Shown here piece after piece: positions 23,918 through 38,900 of a DNA stretch of 64,000 bases. The DNA is from Fimbriosthenelais zetlandica. Taxonomy: Eukaryota. Each line of letters opens with the position of its first letter. Position 1 is the stretch's first letter. The stretch is taken from NCBI GenBank assembly GCA_977030845.1, contig OZ365109.1, forward strand, positions 53,072,001-53,136,000. Direction: 5' to 3'. Under the pieces are notes generated by a model that worked only from the letters and a program-made list of their open reading frames with translations, ran no database searches and was not told the DNA's origin. The position numbers were made by a program, and so were the translations under genes.

Positions 23918-26900
23918 GTTGTAGTTAGACTTTTGATGAAAAACGGGTTTATATTAGAGGTAGGAATCTGGTTTTCACACATATTGTAGACCATAGTAAG
24001 GAGTGGTCAAATGTGATGAATGGATGTCATACGTCATCACATGACGTCATATGACGTCACCAAACCAGCCAAATTGGTAAAATTTGATTGTAATTTTTTT
24101 GGACCCATGCGGATCTAGAATAAGATGAATGGTATGTAGTGTAAAGATACATGATGGACTATAAGTTGACCTACATATTTGACCTTTGACCTAATTAGTT
24201 ATGTGTAATTAGGTCAGGGGTATGAAATCTCTCAAATGCCATTTCTTCCCAATTAAAAAATGTTAGAAATTGATTACACTAGGTTAATAAGAATCCTTTG
24301 GGTGGGGCGTATCTGAAAAATAGTTTTTGGTGAAGACCCATGTGACGTAAATGACGTCACATTGATGTAAAATCTAATTAACCCAATATTTTCAGTTTAT
24401 TTAATCCAGCAAGTTTATTTTTAAAGACAAAGCTTAAAATGAATTAGATGAATTAAAGTACATAAAAAGACCTGTTGATACCTATATTGCATAATGTATT
24501 CCACTTGTAAGTTGATTTGTTATAAATTTTTTAATATTTTCCATTTTGGTCAATATTTTCATGCTTTTTTCACTCTGGCAAGTTTATTTTTAAAGATAGA
24601 GCTTCGTATGAATTACAAAAAATGATGCACATAAATAGACCTTTGCATACATGTATTGCATTATGCAGTCCAGTAATTCTTTCTAATTATGCTTTTGAAT
24701 ACACAAAAATTTAAGACAAGGTCAAGGTAGCACCTGCAGCACCCCCCCCCCCCAACCCTCCACTCTCGTGGTCACTTGGATTAGTGAAGAGAGACTTGCC
24801 TAAGTCTTTCTTTCTTTAAGCCTATTTTTTATTAGAACTGTTCAGAAAATAACTCTGCTGGTCAATCATAACAATGACCTCTATTTTATGAGAAGATTGA
24901 TTGCACAATGAAATGTTCAGCTTCTTTTTAATGAAAGCAATGACACATCTCTGGTAATTGAAGCATTTGAGTCCACATGTATCAGTGAAACTTATATGCC
25001 TCATGGCACTGAGAGAATTAAATTAAGTATAACATAGAGAATATCTAAATGTACAATTTGTAATACCTATCAAGAGTTTAGTTTTGTTCTCTCATATTAA
25101 AAAACATTAGCCTGAAATTGATTACTTTGACACAATAAGTGATTATCCAAAAGAATTATATATAGCCAAGGGGTTTGTGGTCAAGTCTAGGGGGAGACCC
25201 TGACTGGTGTGTATGCTTAGAGGTGTTGTGGTCAAGTCAAGTCTTGTTGCCATGGCAGCAGGTCAGAATGGTGGGTGGGTGCAAGACTGGAGGATTAGAA
25301 TAGAGGGCTAGGAGGCTGTGTTGTTATAGCAGTTAAGTACCAGTACTTTGCTTAGAGACAAGAGTCTAGACAGAAGTTTGAAAATGTTCACTTTACACAT
25401 AGTGGAATAGGAATTACAAAAAGATGGATTTAGGTGTGTCTATGGGCCTAGAACTAAAGATTTTACTTTGTCTATGTTTGGAAAGCACTTAGTCCTTGCA
25501 TGCGGAATTATGTCAAAATGTGAATTTTTGAAATATTTAAATTTCAAAGTGTATTTTACTATAGAGTAACAGGCATTAAGAAACGATGACTTATATATTA
25601 AGTTTTTATGTAAATATTAAGGTTTTAAGTATGTTTTTTTGGTACTCATCTATAACTTTCAGTCTGCCTCTCAATACACATTTTTCTCTCAAAGAGGGTC
25701 TTTGTTGTGTACACAAGTTTTAGGCTGGTTGTAATTGGCGACCTGGACAGGAGATAGATAATTGCCTTCAGTCTATTCCTATAAATTAATTCTATAATTA
25801 TGTTCTATATGAATCATCAGAATTCTTGGTAATGCAACTAAATAATTGATCTCTAAAGTTAAACGCTGCCTGATTTAACGAGGTTAATCATTGAGGTGTG
25901 AGGCTGCCTTGTAAAACTCTCCTGGATATGTCATGATGATATTATAATGGCTTAGTGTATTTTTAAAGCTTATTCTGGCAGGGGAAATGGGATTATTAAT
26001 GATTACTTGTAATCGTGGTGGCTAGTTTCTCATGCTCTTCATAAAATCCAGCATTGCATACAGATATACGAGTCTGATAAAAGAAAGGGAAAGGCCTATA
26101 CATGTAGCAGTATGCATTATTGTGTTATATATATGTCCCATGTTAACCAAATGAGCATGATTTAATTAGTTTATCAATTAATTAATCAAAGGAATGTGTG
26201 TATCGGTGCATAAGAGGCGACCTGCACACTGTAAAATATGTATGATAGCTGTCCTTTTGCGTTAGAATGCTCTGTTGGTGAATGCATTAAGTGTGTTTGG
26301 ACTGGTAGTGTTGAGAGGGGCGTTAGCCAGTCCCCTGGAGGCTGACAATAGACAGTGGATTAGCGTTGGCCCCCCATAGCTGATTGGCCAGTCCCTGGTT
26401 TGAAGTGAGAGAGTCAGTTTCAGCCTGGCATTGTTCGTATGGCAGCGTCAATGACAATGCTAGTGAATACTTCATTCATATTGTATCTCTCCACCCATTG
26501 TATCCTAATACAATTACATCACATCCATTGGCCGTGGGAGTATGGAGGCAGAAACGGAGCGACGCCATTGGTAGAAAGCTGATAAGACTTAATGTCACCT
26601 GATTAGGGCTGGAACCAAAACAGACTTTTGGAAGACTGGAATCTAACATGTACTGACAGCAGATGATCATACAGCATGCAGATATTTCACTTTTACAGTA
26701 AAATTGTGGCCAAAGTTATATACACTTAAACTTTTGATTTTGGTCAACGACAATTGTTTTTTTGTTGAAAAACTAAAACAAAAAAGCCCGCGAAAAAGTG
26801 GACATTCAGTTGCCAAGTAGGCCTACATCACACTCCTGACGTGACAATTAGTGACCACAATGCAAAGACCTCCACAACCACACCTGATTTTATTTTAAAT

Positions 26901-29900
26901 AGAACTGGCTATATTTAATACGTACATACATGTAATATGAGTTATTCCTTTTAGAAAAAACACATTTAGGCACCCTAAAAGGCAATGAATCTTAAATTAA
27001 GCCTTCATTCCAGAGACTGGAATGTGGCCTGACTTTGTTGGCATATCGAACATGTGCTTGATGTTTCCTTATGCTAATAAATCATGGATGGATTTGAAAG
27101 CGCGTGTTGGTAAATGGCACATTCTGATATCACGAGGAATACATGAATGTTTTCTCCCATTTGTATCCATTAGTTCCCAGCTTATCGGCCTGTGTCCGTT
27201 GTGCAATGCATCATCCTATATTACAAATAATCCCCTTGCATGTGATACGTTTTTCCAGCACATATCCATTTTGAACTGTGTAAAAGCCTTTTATTTTAGA
27301 AAAGCTTAGTCAATAGGAAATTACTTTAATGTACATTATATGTTCTGAATGTATATTATGCAAATGTATCCATTCAAGTGAAGGCTCTTTAACAGCTTAT
27401 ACAAATAGATGAGGTCCCAAAATACATTTTTTTGAAAAATAACCTTAATTGTTAGTACACATTGCATTGATTAGCATTGAACAATAAGCCTAAAACGAAG
27501 GTAAGAGCATGATTTAATAGCATACTATATCCATTATTTTACAACTATAAAAAAGAAAATCAGGGCTCCGTCCTTGTTATTGCTTCCTGTATGTTAGAGA
27601 TTCACATTTACATATATATGGACTGGAAGTAGCATGTTGTTATAAAACAGTGGTCTCTTACATCCAGCTTTGTGTTTATGACTGACTATGATAACAGGCG
27701 AGTGAACATGAACGGGGAGTGGGTGGGGGAGATGTTGATTGGGGGATGATGTGACTAGCGCTTGTTGTACCTTTGTTGGTCTTCACGCCCATTAGACTGC
27801 TATGTGAAGCACCTGGAGGAACGTGCAGGTATCACAGCATGACTCCCTCCAGGTACACGGGAAGGGGGAGTGGTCCGATCACCAGCCACGTGTGAATGAT
27901 AGACGGATGGTTCACTCAATACTACAGCAGACTATATAGAGGCGCCCAGCACATGGTATGGTTCACTGACAGCTGTATTATTAGCCTATCCGACCTATCC
28001 TAACCTTTTTCTACATTCTTCATTTTTATGTTGATGTTCGACCTATTGTAAAGAAAACACTCCCGGGCGCAGATCGAGAATTTTAGAAGAGGGGTAAGAT
28101 AAATAGATCCTATATGGTGTGCTTTGTGCACCCCCCCCCCCTCCTCCCCCCAAAAAAGAAGAGAATTGTGTACTATTTGAGCGACGAAAAAACTTCTCTG
28201 AAAGGATTAGGTTAGTTGAATTAAAATCTTACTAACCAGTGAGGAAAGGCTGAAGTGGCTGAAACTGTTAAGCAACTGAATGATTAATCAGACTCTTTTG
28301 AAATCATGTGTTAATTGCCTTTAAACTTATCATGAAACCTTTATTATTATTGAAGGAGACTCGACCATTGCGTGATCAGCCATACAAGGGAAACTGTCAC
28401 ATTTAAATGATCGCTTTAGTAAGAAACAGATGGAGAGAATGATTAAATGAATGCTAATTGTGAACGACACATTGAGCCAAATGATTAATAACAGTTTTCC
28501 CAAGCAAAGATCGCCTCTTTTCAACTTCACTTGGGAAGATTTGAGTGGAACTGATGGAACTTTTAATTGGAGTATAAAATTAGATGGAGCGGAGCACTTC
28601 TTTTTTATTTCACACACATTATTAAAGTCGGTGATGGAGTGCTGGATTTTGGCCACTCTGAGACAAAACAGGCAAATACCTGGACAATTTCATTTAGTGC
28701 CAACTGGCAATTATACGAAATATATTTCTGTACAATATAAAATAAACACCAGCTATGTGTATGATTTATAACGATGGAGAACACTTTCAGGAGACAAATA
28801 GGCAGTCACAATAGAGTTTTCCATGTACATGTATATCTTCTTGTAGTATACACTGTGAATATAACCAGTTGCCAATTTGTTCCTTACAAAATGATTTTCC
28901 CCTGAAGCTAAGCTTCGAGACATACACAGAGACATCTGTCCCGACTCTGGATTATGCCCACAGACCCATCCACAAAGATAGAGCTTCTGAATCTGACCCG
29001 ACTCAAAGCCCGCTTTTAAAGGCAGTACTTGTGAACTGACCACCCCTTTCACATCAATTGGAGATTCATGGCAGTGAGGGCAGGGTTATCACGCCATTTA
29101 CTCCTGTCACTCCCACATCAGCCTGTTTGAAGCCTTTCAGACCTAACATAACTTAAATCCTTTTATCTGTCCCCCCTTTTCACCCCTAGCCAATCCATCG
29201 CCTGCTGCACCACCTTTAATGAAGACATTAATGTTGTACTCATTCAAAATGGATCATTCGGCTGTAAAAATGCCTCCCCCACTTTTACATCACATCTTGC
29301 TCATTTAGGAAAATGATCAGCATTACATCAAATGACTGTTTATATGATCTCCGCTCCTGGTTAATTTAGCAGTTGGAGAAGATTTAAAACGTGCATAGAT
29401 CTGAGCACTCGCTTTACAGGGTCAAACAATGGGAGAACTGTTCAGTGTACAGGACATAGAAATGGTGATAATGGGAAGCTACAGTATGCCAAATGGCCCA
29501 CCTTTGTGGTAGGTGTTTCACCCACAATGACATGCATCCCGTGGCTGTATGTACATCAACTTTAACATGATACTGCGTACATTACCATGTTCCAGCCTAT
29601 TGTGATAACTGAGAGCCTTCATGGAAATGTTTTTGCCCAGGCCACTTTACATAAGTGTGTGGGTGTCAGGGCAAATGATGTCATTGTCATCAGAACTTCC
29701 ATGTACATGGTGCTCAAATTGAAAACATGACACCAATATTCTGATGGTTCCCTGACAGGAAAACTATTTTACCTCGAGACCTCATTCAATTATTCCAGTA
29801 TATATATACTGTATTTACTCCAATTTTGTTGATGAGCTCTTGACTGTTCGTCCTACCTAGTACCGGTCAACATGCTTCGAGTGAAGCATTATTTAAAAGC

Positions 29901-32900
29901 ATAAGTATTTTTGTTGGCCTAATTTCAGACCCCTCGCCATGACCAGAACCAGTCTTGGGTCAACAGCTTCCAATACTAGTAATAAAGGTCTTTTTGAAGT
30001 GTCTCACGAGTCCACTCACATGCGGCTTGACCAAAGCTTGGTATAAACATGCCCTCTCATTGATGTACAGCTGACCCGGTCAGCAACTACCCTGGAGGTG
30101 GTCCTAAAACAGAGTAGGAGGGACACTAGCCATGTCACGGCCTCTGAGAGATCTGATGAGAGACTACTGTCTATTTTTGGACTAGATGTCATCCATTTAT
30201 GGACCATTGCCTGTTGAGAGATGGCCTCTGGGTTGCCTGTGCGAGGTTAACACTACTACGTGGGGATTGACGTAAGGACCTTTGGGTATTATCGTACGTA
30301 ACGATTGACTATGCGAGGTAGCGACTGAGACAAATAGACACAGTGACAAAAAATACCTATAAATGCCTTCATGTAATGCAGGCTCTGAATAAGACCCAGG
30401 CAATTGGGGTATTCGGTGCTTGTGACCAGCGCCCGAACTGATACACGTTAAAAATTTAATCAAGAGAACAGATACAAGTCAGGTAATGTTTGTAATGAGA
30501 CATCTTCATTGCGGCAGACAATGGCCAGGCAATGAAAGCTCCTTTTATATGAGTAAGACGATTGGATGCCCTCATTTAAGATATCCTGCAAAAAGATGTG
30601 TCAATATCCCATCTATGGACTAATGTAACCGATCTCATAGAGGAGTGTATATATGCTTAATGTTATAATAACGGTAATAACGTTGAAGCTAGTATTTAGC
30701 ACTATTTAGACTAGGACGTGGCTGAACAACAAGCACTAGCAGTCAGTGAATTGGGTCACTAATTCAATGGGATCTCGGTACTGGCATAACCGATAATGGG
30801 CAGATGCCCAGGGTAAAATAAATAGAATATTGTTTGTTATGCCACGATTATGGTGCACGTAGAGAGGATACACTCAGTGTGACCTCCCAGCTGTACAGCT
30901 GTTATATTCCAGATAATAAGATATAGAGCACTGGAGTATTAGTCCATACGTGTAGGTGACACAGTGGTTAAATACCAATGTGGCATATCTGCGGGTATTG
31001 TAATGCAAGGAACCAAATACTGTTACAGAACAAACATTTTAAAACCACATTTAACTAAATATATTTATCTCCATGGACTGACTTTATGTATGTGCTGTAT
31101 ATTTATTTCTTATGAAAGTATGTGATTTGGTCTCTTATGACAATTATTATAACTAGTACGAGATAATTTGAATATTACTGTTGACATAATTGTGCCATGT
31201 TCTAGGAACAATGCCAGGTTTGGAAGTCAACAGTATGGAAAAACACAACACAATTTGTCCTTGTGTCAGGGTACAATTGACGTAGAAATATCGACTTGCC
31301 TTTTTGGCGAAGTTCTGGTTTACTTTGTTATTACGTTGACATTTATTATGTACTTTGTTTGGCCAGTGTAATGAAGTGGTTGTCATGGAAAAGGTCAGAC
31401 GAGCCATAAGAGTGTAAATGAACACACTGGGGAGGAGGGAGACAGAGAATCCGATCTCGATGCTTTTGAATCATCCTAGATACTGCCTGTACAGCTATGG
31501 TTTCTCAAATGAATCAGGACCAAGGAAATAACTATTCCACTCTTTCCCCACTCAATTTTCCAATCCATACTCTATTGAATTGTTTGGCAAGTCTACTTCT
31601 CGGAAAAATGCTATGTTCTCAAGTCTCATGGATTTTGGCCAGCTCCTGTTATATAATTCCCAAACTGGCCTAGCTTTTCTATTGTTTTAGGCAACTAAAT
31701 GACATTGCTCTTTGCTATGATCTTTGGTAGAGCACTGCTGCATAAAATGTTCCTGTAAAACACCAAGCAACAAAATACCTCTACAATAGACTTCCTGGCT
31801 GTTTTCATGACGTAGATAAGCAATAATTGCACAATATCAGGAACCTTATGCCACGGTGCCATTGAGGAAATGACAAAGGAGTGGCGATAAACCCCAGTCA
31901 CTTGATAAACTATAGAGGAAACAGCAGGGCTATCAAATGATATCAATGGAGGTATCAGGTTGGAATGCTCGTTTATCTGTCCAGTACTTTCACATTGTTT
32001 TATCACTACTGTCTCCCTTGTCTTGTATGCCATCTTGCTGTTTAGGATCTGTGGGAAATGTCTAAAATGATGAGACTTGCAGGTGTTGCCTGCTAAAATC
32101 CTCTGCAATGAAAGAATGAGGAGTAATTCCTTACAAGTCAGGCTTGTAGGGGACATTTAGTAAATTGTTTTCCCGGAGCAGCTGAAGTTCTTCCTTTACA
32201 CATTTTATGTGATAAATTTTCTCTGTATCACTCATACAGTACGAGGAATTCAGTAGTTTATGCTAACATACTATCATAGTACCACGAAGTGGTAATCTCT
32301 ATAATGATATTTGGCACCTTTCCCCCCATTTTATAATATTTCACCGCGCTAGACCTACATTTTTCATATATTTCTAGAGGCTGGAATTCCCTGTCTTTCA
32401 AATTAATTCCTTTCTGACATACAGGCCAGTATTCACCATCAAATCCCTTCGAATCTGGACAGATATTGATAGGATATTGATTTTGGAACCAGGAAAGACA
32501 TGAATTATATTGAGACATATAGTGATAACATTTTGATCACTTAACAAAACGATGGTTCCCAATTTTATTGAAAGCATCCACAAAATATGGTCAACCTCTG
32601 AGTGAACTCTTTCGGTAGGATGTAGTGAGCTGTGGCCAAATAATAAGACAAGCAGCTCTTTCAGTCTGCCTCCTGGGCAGAGGAGAAAGCATTACCACTA
32701 CCATGTATTATATGCAAACACACTTAACAGCGACAGCACAAAGAGGTTCCTAAAGGTTAAAAGGTGGACTGGAAGGATGCACCGAGAATTATCTCCGGGC
32801 CCGGCATCGAGTGATATTGCTCAAGGCATTCACTGCTTTTCACATGTGGCAAAATATCTGTGTTACAACAATGTAATTTGTCCGCGCTATTACCACCCGG

Positions 32901-35900
32901 CATAGTGACGGATATACTGGATATTATGAGTGGATATTGCATTAAGTGCATGCCGCTCAAAACGAACCATGCCAGCTATTAGATAATACTGTAATCTCTA
33001 ACGGAAGCATTCCATGACCGAGCGGCCAGTGGCAACAGCTCCCTTTGGAGGCCATGACATAGGATTTGATTATGAAGGGCATGCCTGCAGCCACTCGCGC
33101 TGAACAGGATGATATGTGGACAGTTGGATGGCCGAATGCGGCGTTCCTCTGACATCAGAACTCAGAAAATTGGACCCAGGGCTTCTGGACCATGGAAGCA
33201 AACCATCTGGTAGCACTGCGGATCGGACAGATAGAATTATAAATCAGTAAACACGGAGGGAGAGCTCTCACACTCGATGATCAATCTGGAGTAAGAGGCT
33301 TTCTAGAAAGAGCTAAGTGGGAATCTGTTGCCTGTCATGCCTGATCTATATTGATGACATTGCCAACTGATTCTTCAATACTGCTGTCTGAAACTATATG
33401 CAAACCATGCATAACCGCTCCCTCCCTAGCTTTACCACTAAGCATACCATCCCCATATTACCCTCATAATGCCCGAGGCCAAAGTTTTGGCAAGGAAATT
33501 CAAGTCGGCTCTCACTCCCACTCTCATAACAAAGTTATGTCTTGGCTTGCTTTGGAGGGCAATTATGATATACGTAAGGTTATTTAAGAACAAATATCAA
33601 AAGTTGGCCATTAAAAAAGCTGATCAATGAAATATAGTGGCTGACTGATGTGTCTTAAAGGTCCTTCAATTTACCATGTCCACTGAAAAAGATTCACATC
33701 AAAAGATCAGTGGCGCAGGTTTTATGTATATGCCATCAAGAGCCTATATTGCTTCTGGTCCTTTCGAAGGAGGGCATCTATGGAACAGTCTTCAAAGACT
33801 GAAGCAAACCCATAGCCATGACCGATAAGGAAGGGAAAGCTTTAATCTTAAGTTTGTAGATTTGACCCCAGAAGAGAACTCTAAAAGCATATGCTTTAGA
33901 TGACTGGGGTATACACTTTGGGTCATGTCGGGACATAATGAGGGTGCGGGCCCTCCACCTTCCCCTTCCTAGTTTCTTCCCATGCCTGCCTTTCATAGAA
34001 ACTACAAGATGGGCATACGTAGGCGGAGGACCATTGCAAAGACCTCTCAACCTTATCACCAGTATTTCTCTTGCCCATGTTAAAAGCCTGGTACATGGGT
34101 CTTATGTCCCCTCGCAAGGAACTTCCTCACCCTCAATGGCTTCCCCATAAAGGTCAATGAGGTTTGGGGGCAGGGTTCTTCCCTTTGACCCCTATTCAAC
34201 TCAATTATCTCCCTGCTTTACCTCCATGAAGATTTTGAAAAGGACGATGTCCTCAGGCCCTTGACTCATCCTGCCGTAGAATCTTTCTGGACAACCTGCG
34301 CCCTGTCCAGTGAGCACATTAAGCTTAAAATGGACATCCAACCAAACATTTGGAAGAAACTTCTGGCTCACGTATATATAAAAGGCTTTAATCCATGAGG
34401 GTTTTGTAGGTTTCCACTCTTTCATCTGCACCAGAGTGTGAAGCAGTAAAATATATTAAATCCTTCCACTGAAAGCATTCCTAAACATTTATTGCATACG
34501 CTACACAGGGTATAGCTTGAGTTTTCTGCTGCCTCTACCCACCCCATTTCATCCTATTGGATCGTCCTTACCAAATGGCGTGAACATCTCACAGGGCACG
34601 TAGATCATGCGATATAAACGAGTCAGCTCTCCATATCTCAGGCCTTTCAGCCCGTCCACCGCCTCCAGCCTCCCGTTAAGGCTCCTCAGGGCCAACTTTG
34701 TCATTCTTTCATTCGATATTCAAAAGGGATACTAGAGCCTGTAAAACTGGCGGCCCTCTGTGTGGACGCCATCATTATGTGCTAATGTCCACATGTTATT
34801 CCGCTCCTTTGTTATATTAATTGCGGGGATTTTCTTAGTGAGGCAACCTTGGGATTGGTACCAGTCTGTTCTTCTTTTGAAAACTTTTGCCATGAATCTA
34901 ATTGGATATACAGGCACGAAGAAATATGGAAAAAGTTCTGGGTGGCTTTGAAAGAAGAGTCATTGACTATAATATGTGAATAATTATCCTGCCAATCAAT
35001 AGAGCCATGTATTAATGAACCGCCTACACCTCTAATATAGGCTCCCAGTAGTGCTTCCATCTGTTTCCTTTCCCGTCCCTCGTAGTCCCCACTCTAAATT
35101 GCACCTTCTTGTACACGGCAGTAAAAATTAATAAAACCAAGCATTTCTCTATAGTAGTATACATGTAGGTATATAGCCGCGCCCAACATAAAACATCTAA
35201 GTCCCATGGAATCTGCTCCTACTGATATAAATCTGTATATATAAAGTAACAAGCGTTACCTAGGAACATAAAATAAACATGGAGCTTGAGCAGTAATGTG
35301 CCTCTAACAACGTTTATAGGCACATTAAACAGACAGAAGCCAGCCAGCCACCTCCCATACACCACCAATATAGATGGCCCACTGGAGGAGCCCGCTTGGA
35401 TCATCGGCCTAATCCGGTCAAAGATCCAAGCTGATAAATCAGCTTAATTGATCCATCATCGAGTCATTGGCTTGGTCTGGATGCCATCATTCCAGTTCTC
35501 GCTTATTTATATCTGAATCCAGCGTCAGAAGTAGCAGATGCTGCTCTACCAGTTCATAGTCTCCATCAGTGGCTGTGAATCTGACCTGTCAATTATAGAC
35601 GGGCTCTGCTTGGATGGCTGGACTGACGGCTGATTGGAAATGCAGGCAGTCAAGGGGGAGCTCGGGAAGGGATAGAAATGAGTGGAATTGAAGGAGCAAG
35701 GTATGAAAGATGGAATATTAATTTGAAGGAGGCGGATAAAATGTATCCAACAAAAGAACAAGCGGAGATAAAATAAGCATCTGTGATGTTTTAGACTAGA
35801 CAAGGTAAACTTAAAGCATCAGAAAAAAGAATGAAGTTATCAACGGAAACAGGTCTGTATACTAACGCATGATTGAAATGAAGAAGGAACAGTGTATATG

Positions 35901-38900
35901 GTGGGAAATAGGGTCTGGAAGAGTGAGGGTCAGAGTTCAGCCACGTCCATTAACTCGGACATGTTCGGGACGTCGTGGTTGCAGTTTTGATCGAATATTG
36001 AGTGATAAATGGGGAGAGAGACAGCTTTAAATCACTCGATGATATGCTTATGGAGGTTATGCTTGGTGTGATGCTTATCAACACCTCCTAGCGGATTTCA
36101 TTTCCTTTCCTCCCACCACTCTATCTGTATCTGGAGGGCAGACAGGTCGTTGTTACCTACTGCAGCACAAGCTCGGAATATTGGACAACAAAATGCACAG
36201 TACCTGCATATATAATGCATTTATATATATGTTTCCACAATAGAATATTGCCAGCCAATATACTTTTTCGCTTATTGCAACTTAGACAGTTACGATCATA
36301 TAGTTGTCCCATTTCTCTAGTTTTTACCCAGAGAGAACGTAGAAAGCAGGCCCTAAGGGCTGCAGATGTCATGGCTCATGAGTGAAGAAAACATGAATGT
36401 CCTTTTATTATTAAGGATTGCATTTTATGAAAATTCTCTAACGAAGTTATTCTGCACTTGCTCTCTCTCTCAGAATTAATACCGCTTGCATTCATACGGC
36501 GTCTATGCTTTTCAGCCTAAGATCTTTGTAACGTATTACATATAACCGTCCATGTCAAGTTGGACCAATCAATAGGCAATTTTCGTTAGTAACATACAAA
36601 TCATTGAGTCAAGGAACCATTTAGTTCAATGTCCTTTCTATCGTGATTCAAAGTACCTCGACCCCACTGATAAGGAGACATCTTCATCAGAGAATGATTA
36701 TAATGATTATAGTGATAAGATTTGTCATCTCCTCTCTCTGCCTCTCAGAGATTTATTGACCTCTTTCCTGAGATGGCAATAAAATAGAAATGCCATTGAT
36801 ATTGATTTTGGCTCCTTGATTTGCCAAGGGGTTTAAGGAAAGATGATGAGGCATTGCAGAAGACAGCAGAAGGGAATCAACGGCCTATAAGTTGAGAAAC
36901 ATTTGATTAGAAAAGCCTTCAAAGTCGAAAAAGATGTCAAACAAAGTTGAAAAAGAAAAAAGAGATGAGATTGAATCAATAGAAAGACTAGAGGTCACGA
37001 AGAAGAAATAGCCAAATTAGAAGAATGGTAGGAGTAGAAAGGGAAGTAATATAAGGCAAGGAACTGAGTTAGATAAATGTTAAGGAGCAGTTCCTTGGAA
37101 ACGCAGGAAAAGGATGAGGAACATTACGGAGAACGAGAAGTTGGTAGCGCAGAGAAATAAGTTTTAAGATTAATGCATACATTGCTTAGCATCAGCTGGA
37201 AATGATTGAGTGACTGCACTTTCACTGCAATACAAATACAATACACCATTCACTAAGGTCTTTAATGGAACTGCCATTATGTATCTAAATGGGATATTTA
37301 AAAGCAATTGAAACTCCAACTGTCCAATGTATCACCTAGTTCTGAAGTAATACTTTCCACCAGATTTTAATGCAAGAGACTAGTGCCATTCACAATAAAA
37401 TCATCGCATCATTGTGCAGTGCGAATTGCTAGTGAACAATGGCGATCAACTCTTCATGCAATAATCAGCCTTTGGGCGATGATGTTAAGTCGTAAATGAA
37501 ATTAGAAAAGTATGCATTTGCATCTGATAAGAGCAATATCTGAGACTGGTTTCCAATTTACAAATGGAGCTCAGTAGAAGAAAAACAGGGCTCTAAAGTT
37601 GTAATTGCTGAAATGAAATTACTCCGACAAGTCCACCATCAGGGCATCATTTCCAGCTATTGGTATTTATTTTTCTCACCAGTGAAGAGTAATCAAGTAT
37701 CACATGCTGATGGCCCAAATGCAAGAGGCGCGGATGGCCTTCATTGAGATTTGAATATCAAATGGAATAATTATGTAATGCATTGACATCGTCCCATCTG
37801 ACAGGCGAATAGTATTTGTCACTTAGAGTACTAAGTAGTTGACTCTTGCCTGGATTAGAATGGATCGATGGATGGACCAGCTGTATACGCAATGCTGCCT
37901 AACATCAGCAAGTAGCACAATCTTCATTAGAGGCCGTGCCATACAAAGACTCTATGGAGACCCCAGCAATGGGAAACGAGACTATTCCCATAATTGAATT
38001 CCACTACCAGGCAGAGCTTAATTTGGGTGCAGATTCCGGTAGAACGTGTGCAAGGGTATTATAGTGAGACTAACGTGGCTGGTATTGAATTTCATTGCCT
38101 TGCATGGGTAATATTCAGCAAATTTATGAGATCTATTCAATACATCATAGCTCCCCTCTACTCATATATGAGCCCGCATATATATTGAAAAGAGCGATTG
38201 CATGCTAACTAAGCTCTCTTCGCTGCTTGGTATTCTGGGGGTCGTTAGGATTTCATAATAAGACCAAGTAATTATGTCATTGGTGGCATTTGAAGCAATC
38301 TAGATGAATCGTTTTCAATCCATCATACAATTCCTATGACAGTACATGTCATCTGAGATATATGATTAAGACGTATGATGTTGTCTCTCATCATTGGAAA
38401 ATTAATCACTTTGCATGAAGACATGATGAATAATTTCTTCTGTGCGAAACTTATCACTTGTTTTCCGACCAATTAAAACTTTTTGAGAAGAACATTATCA
38501 TGTGTGGAAACAAGGCACACTGTCACCAATATCTGACTCTATCTATTTTTCATTTAAATCTCTAGTGATTTAACTGACTTACATCTGCACTCAATAAGTA
38601 TAGTTATTTACACAGAAGTGGGAATTATCATTCTTATATATTCTTAAAGTTATGATGTAGTGGAACACAATGATTTAGTTTCGAATTTTCAAGTAATTGG
38701 GTAACGAAACTGGTAGGTCTACCACGTTACTTTATACATTGGACGCACAAGACATTTATCAGTTTCATGTTTACTTGACATTGCATTGCATGTTATGAAT
38801 GTTATGAATAACAATGGTATAACCTGTGAGAGTGCACATCATTTAAATCTATAATATCTAAGTGCACAACAGAATTAATACAACATTGCATAAACAGTGA

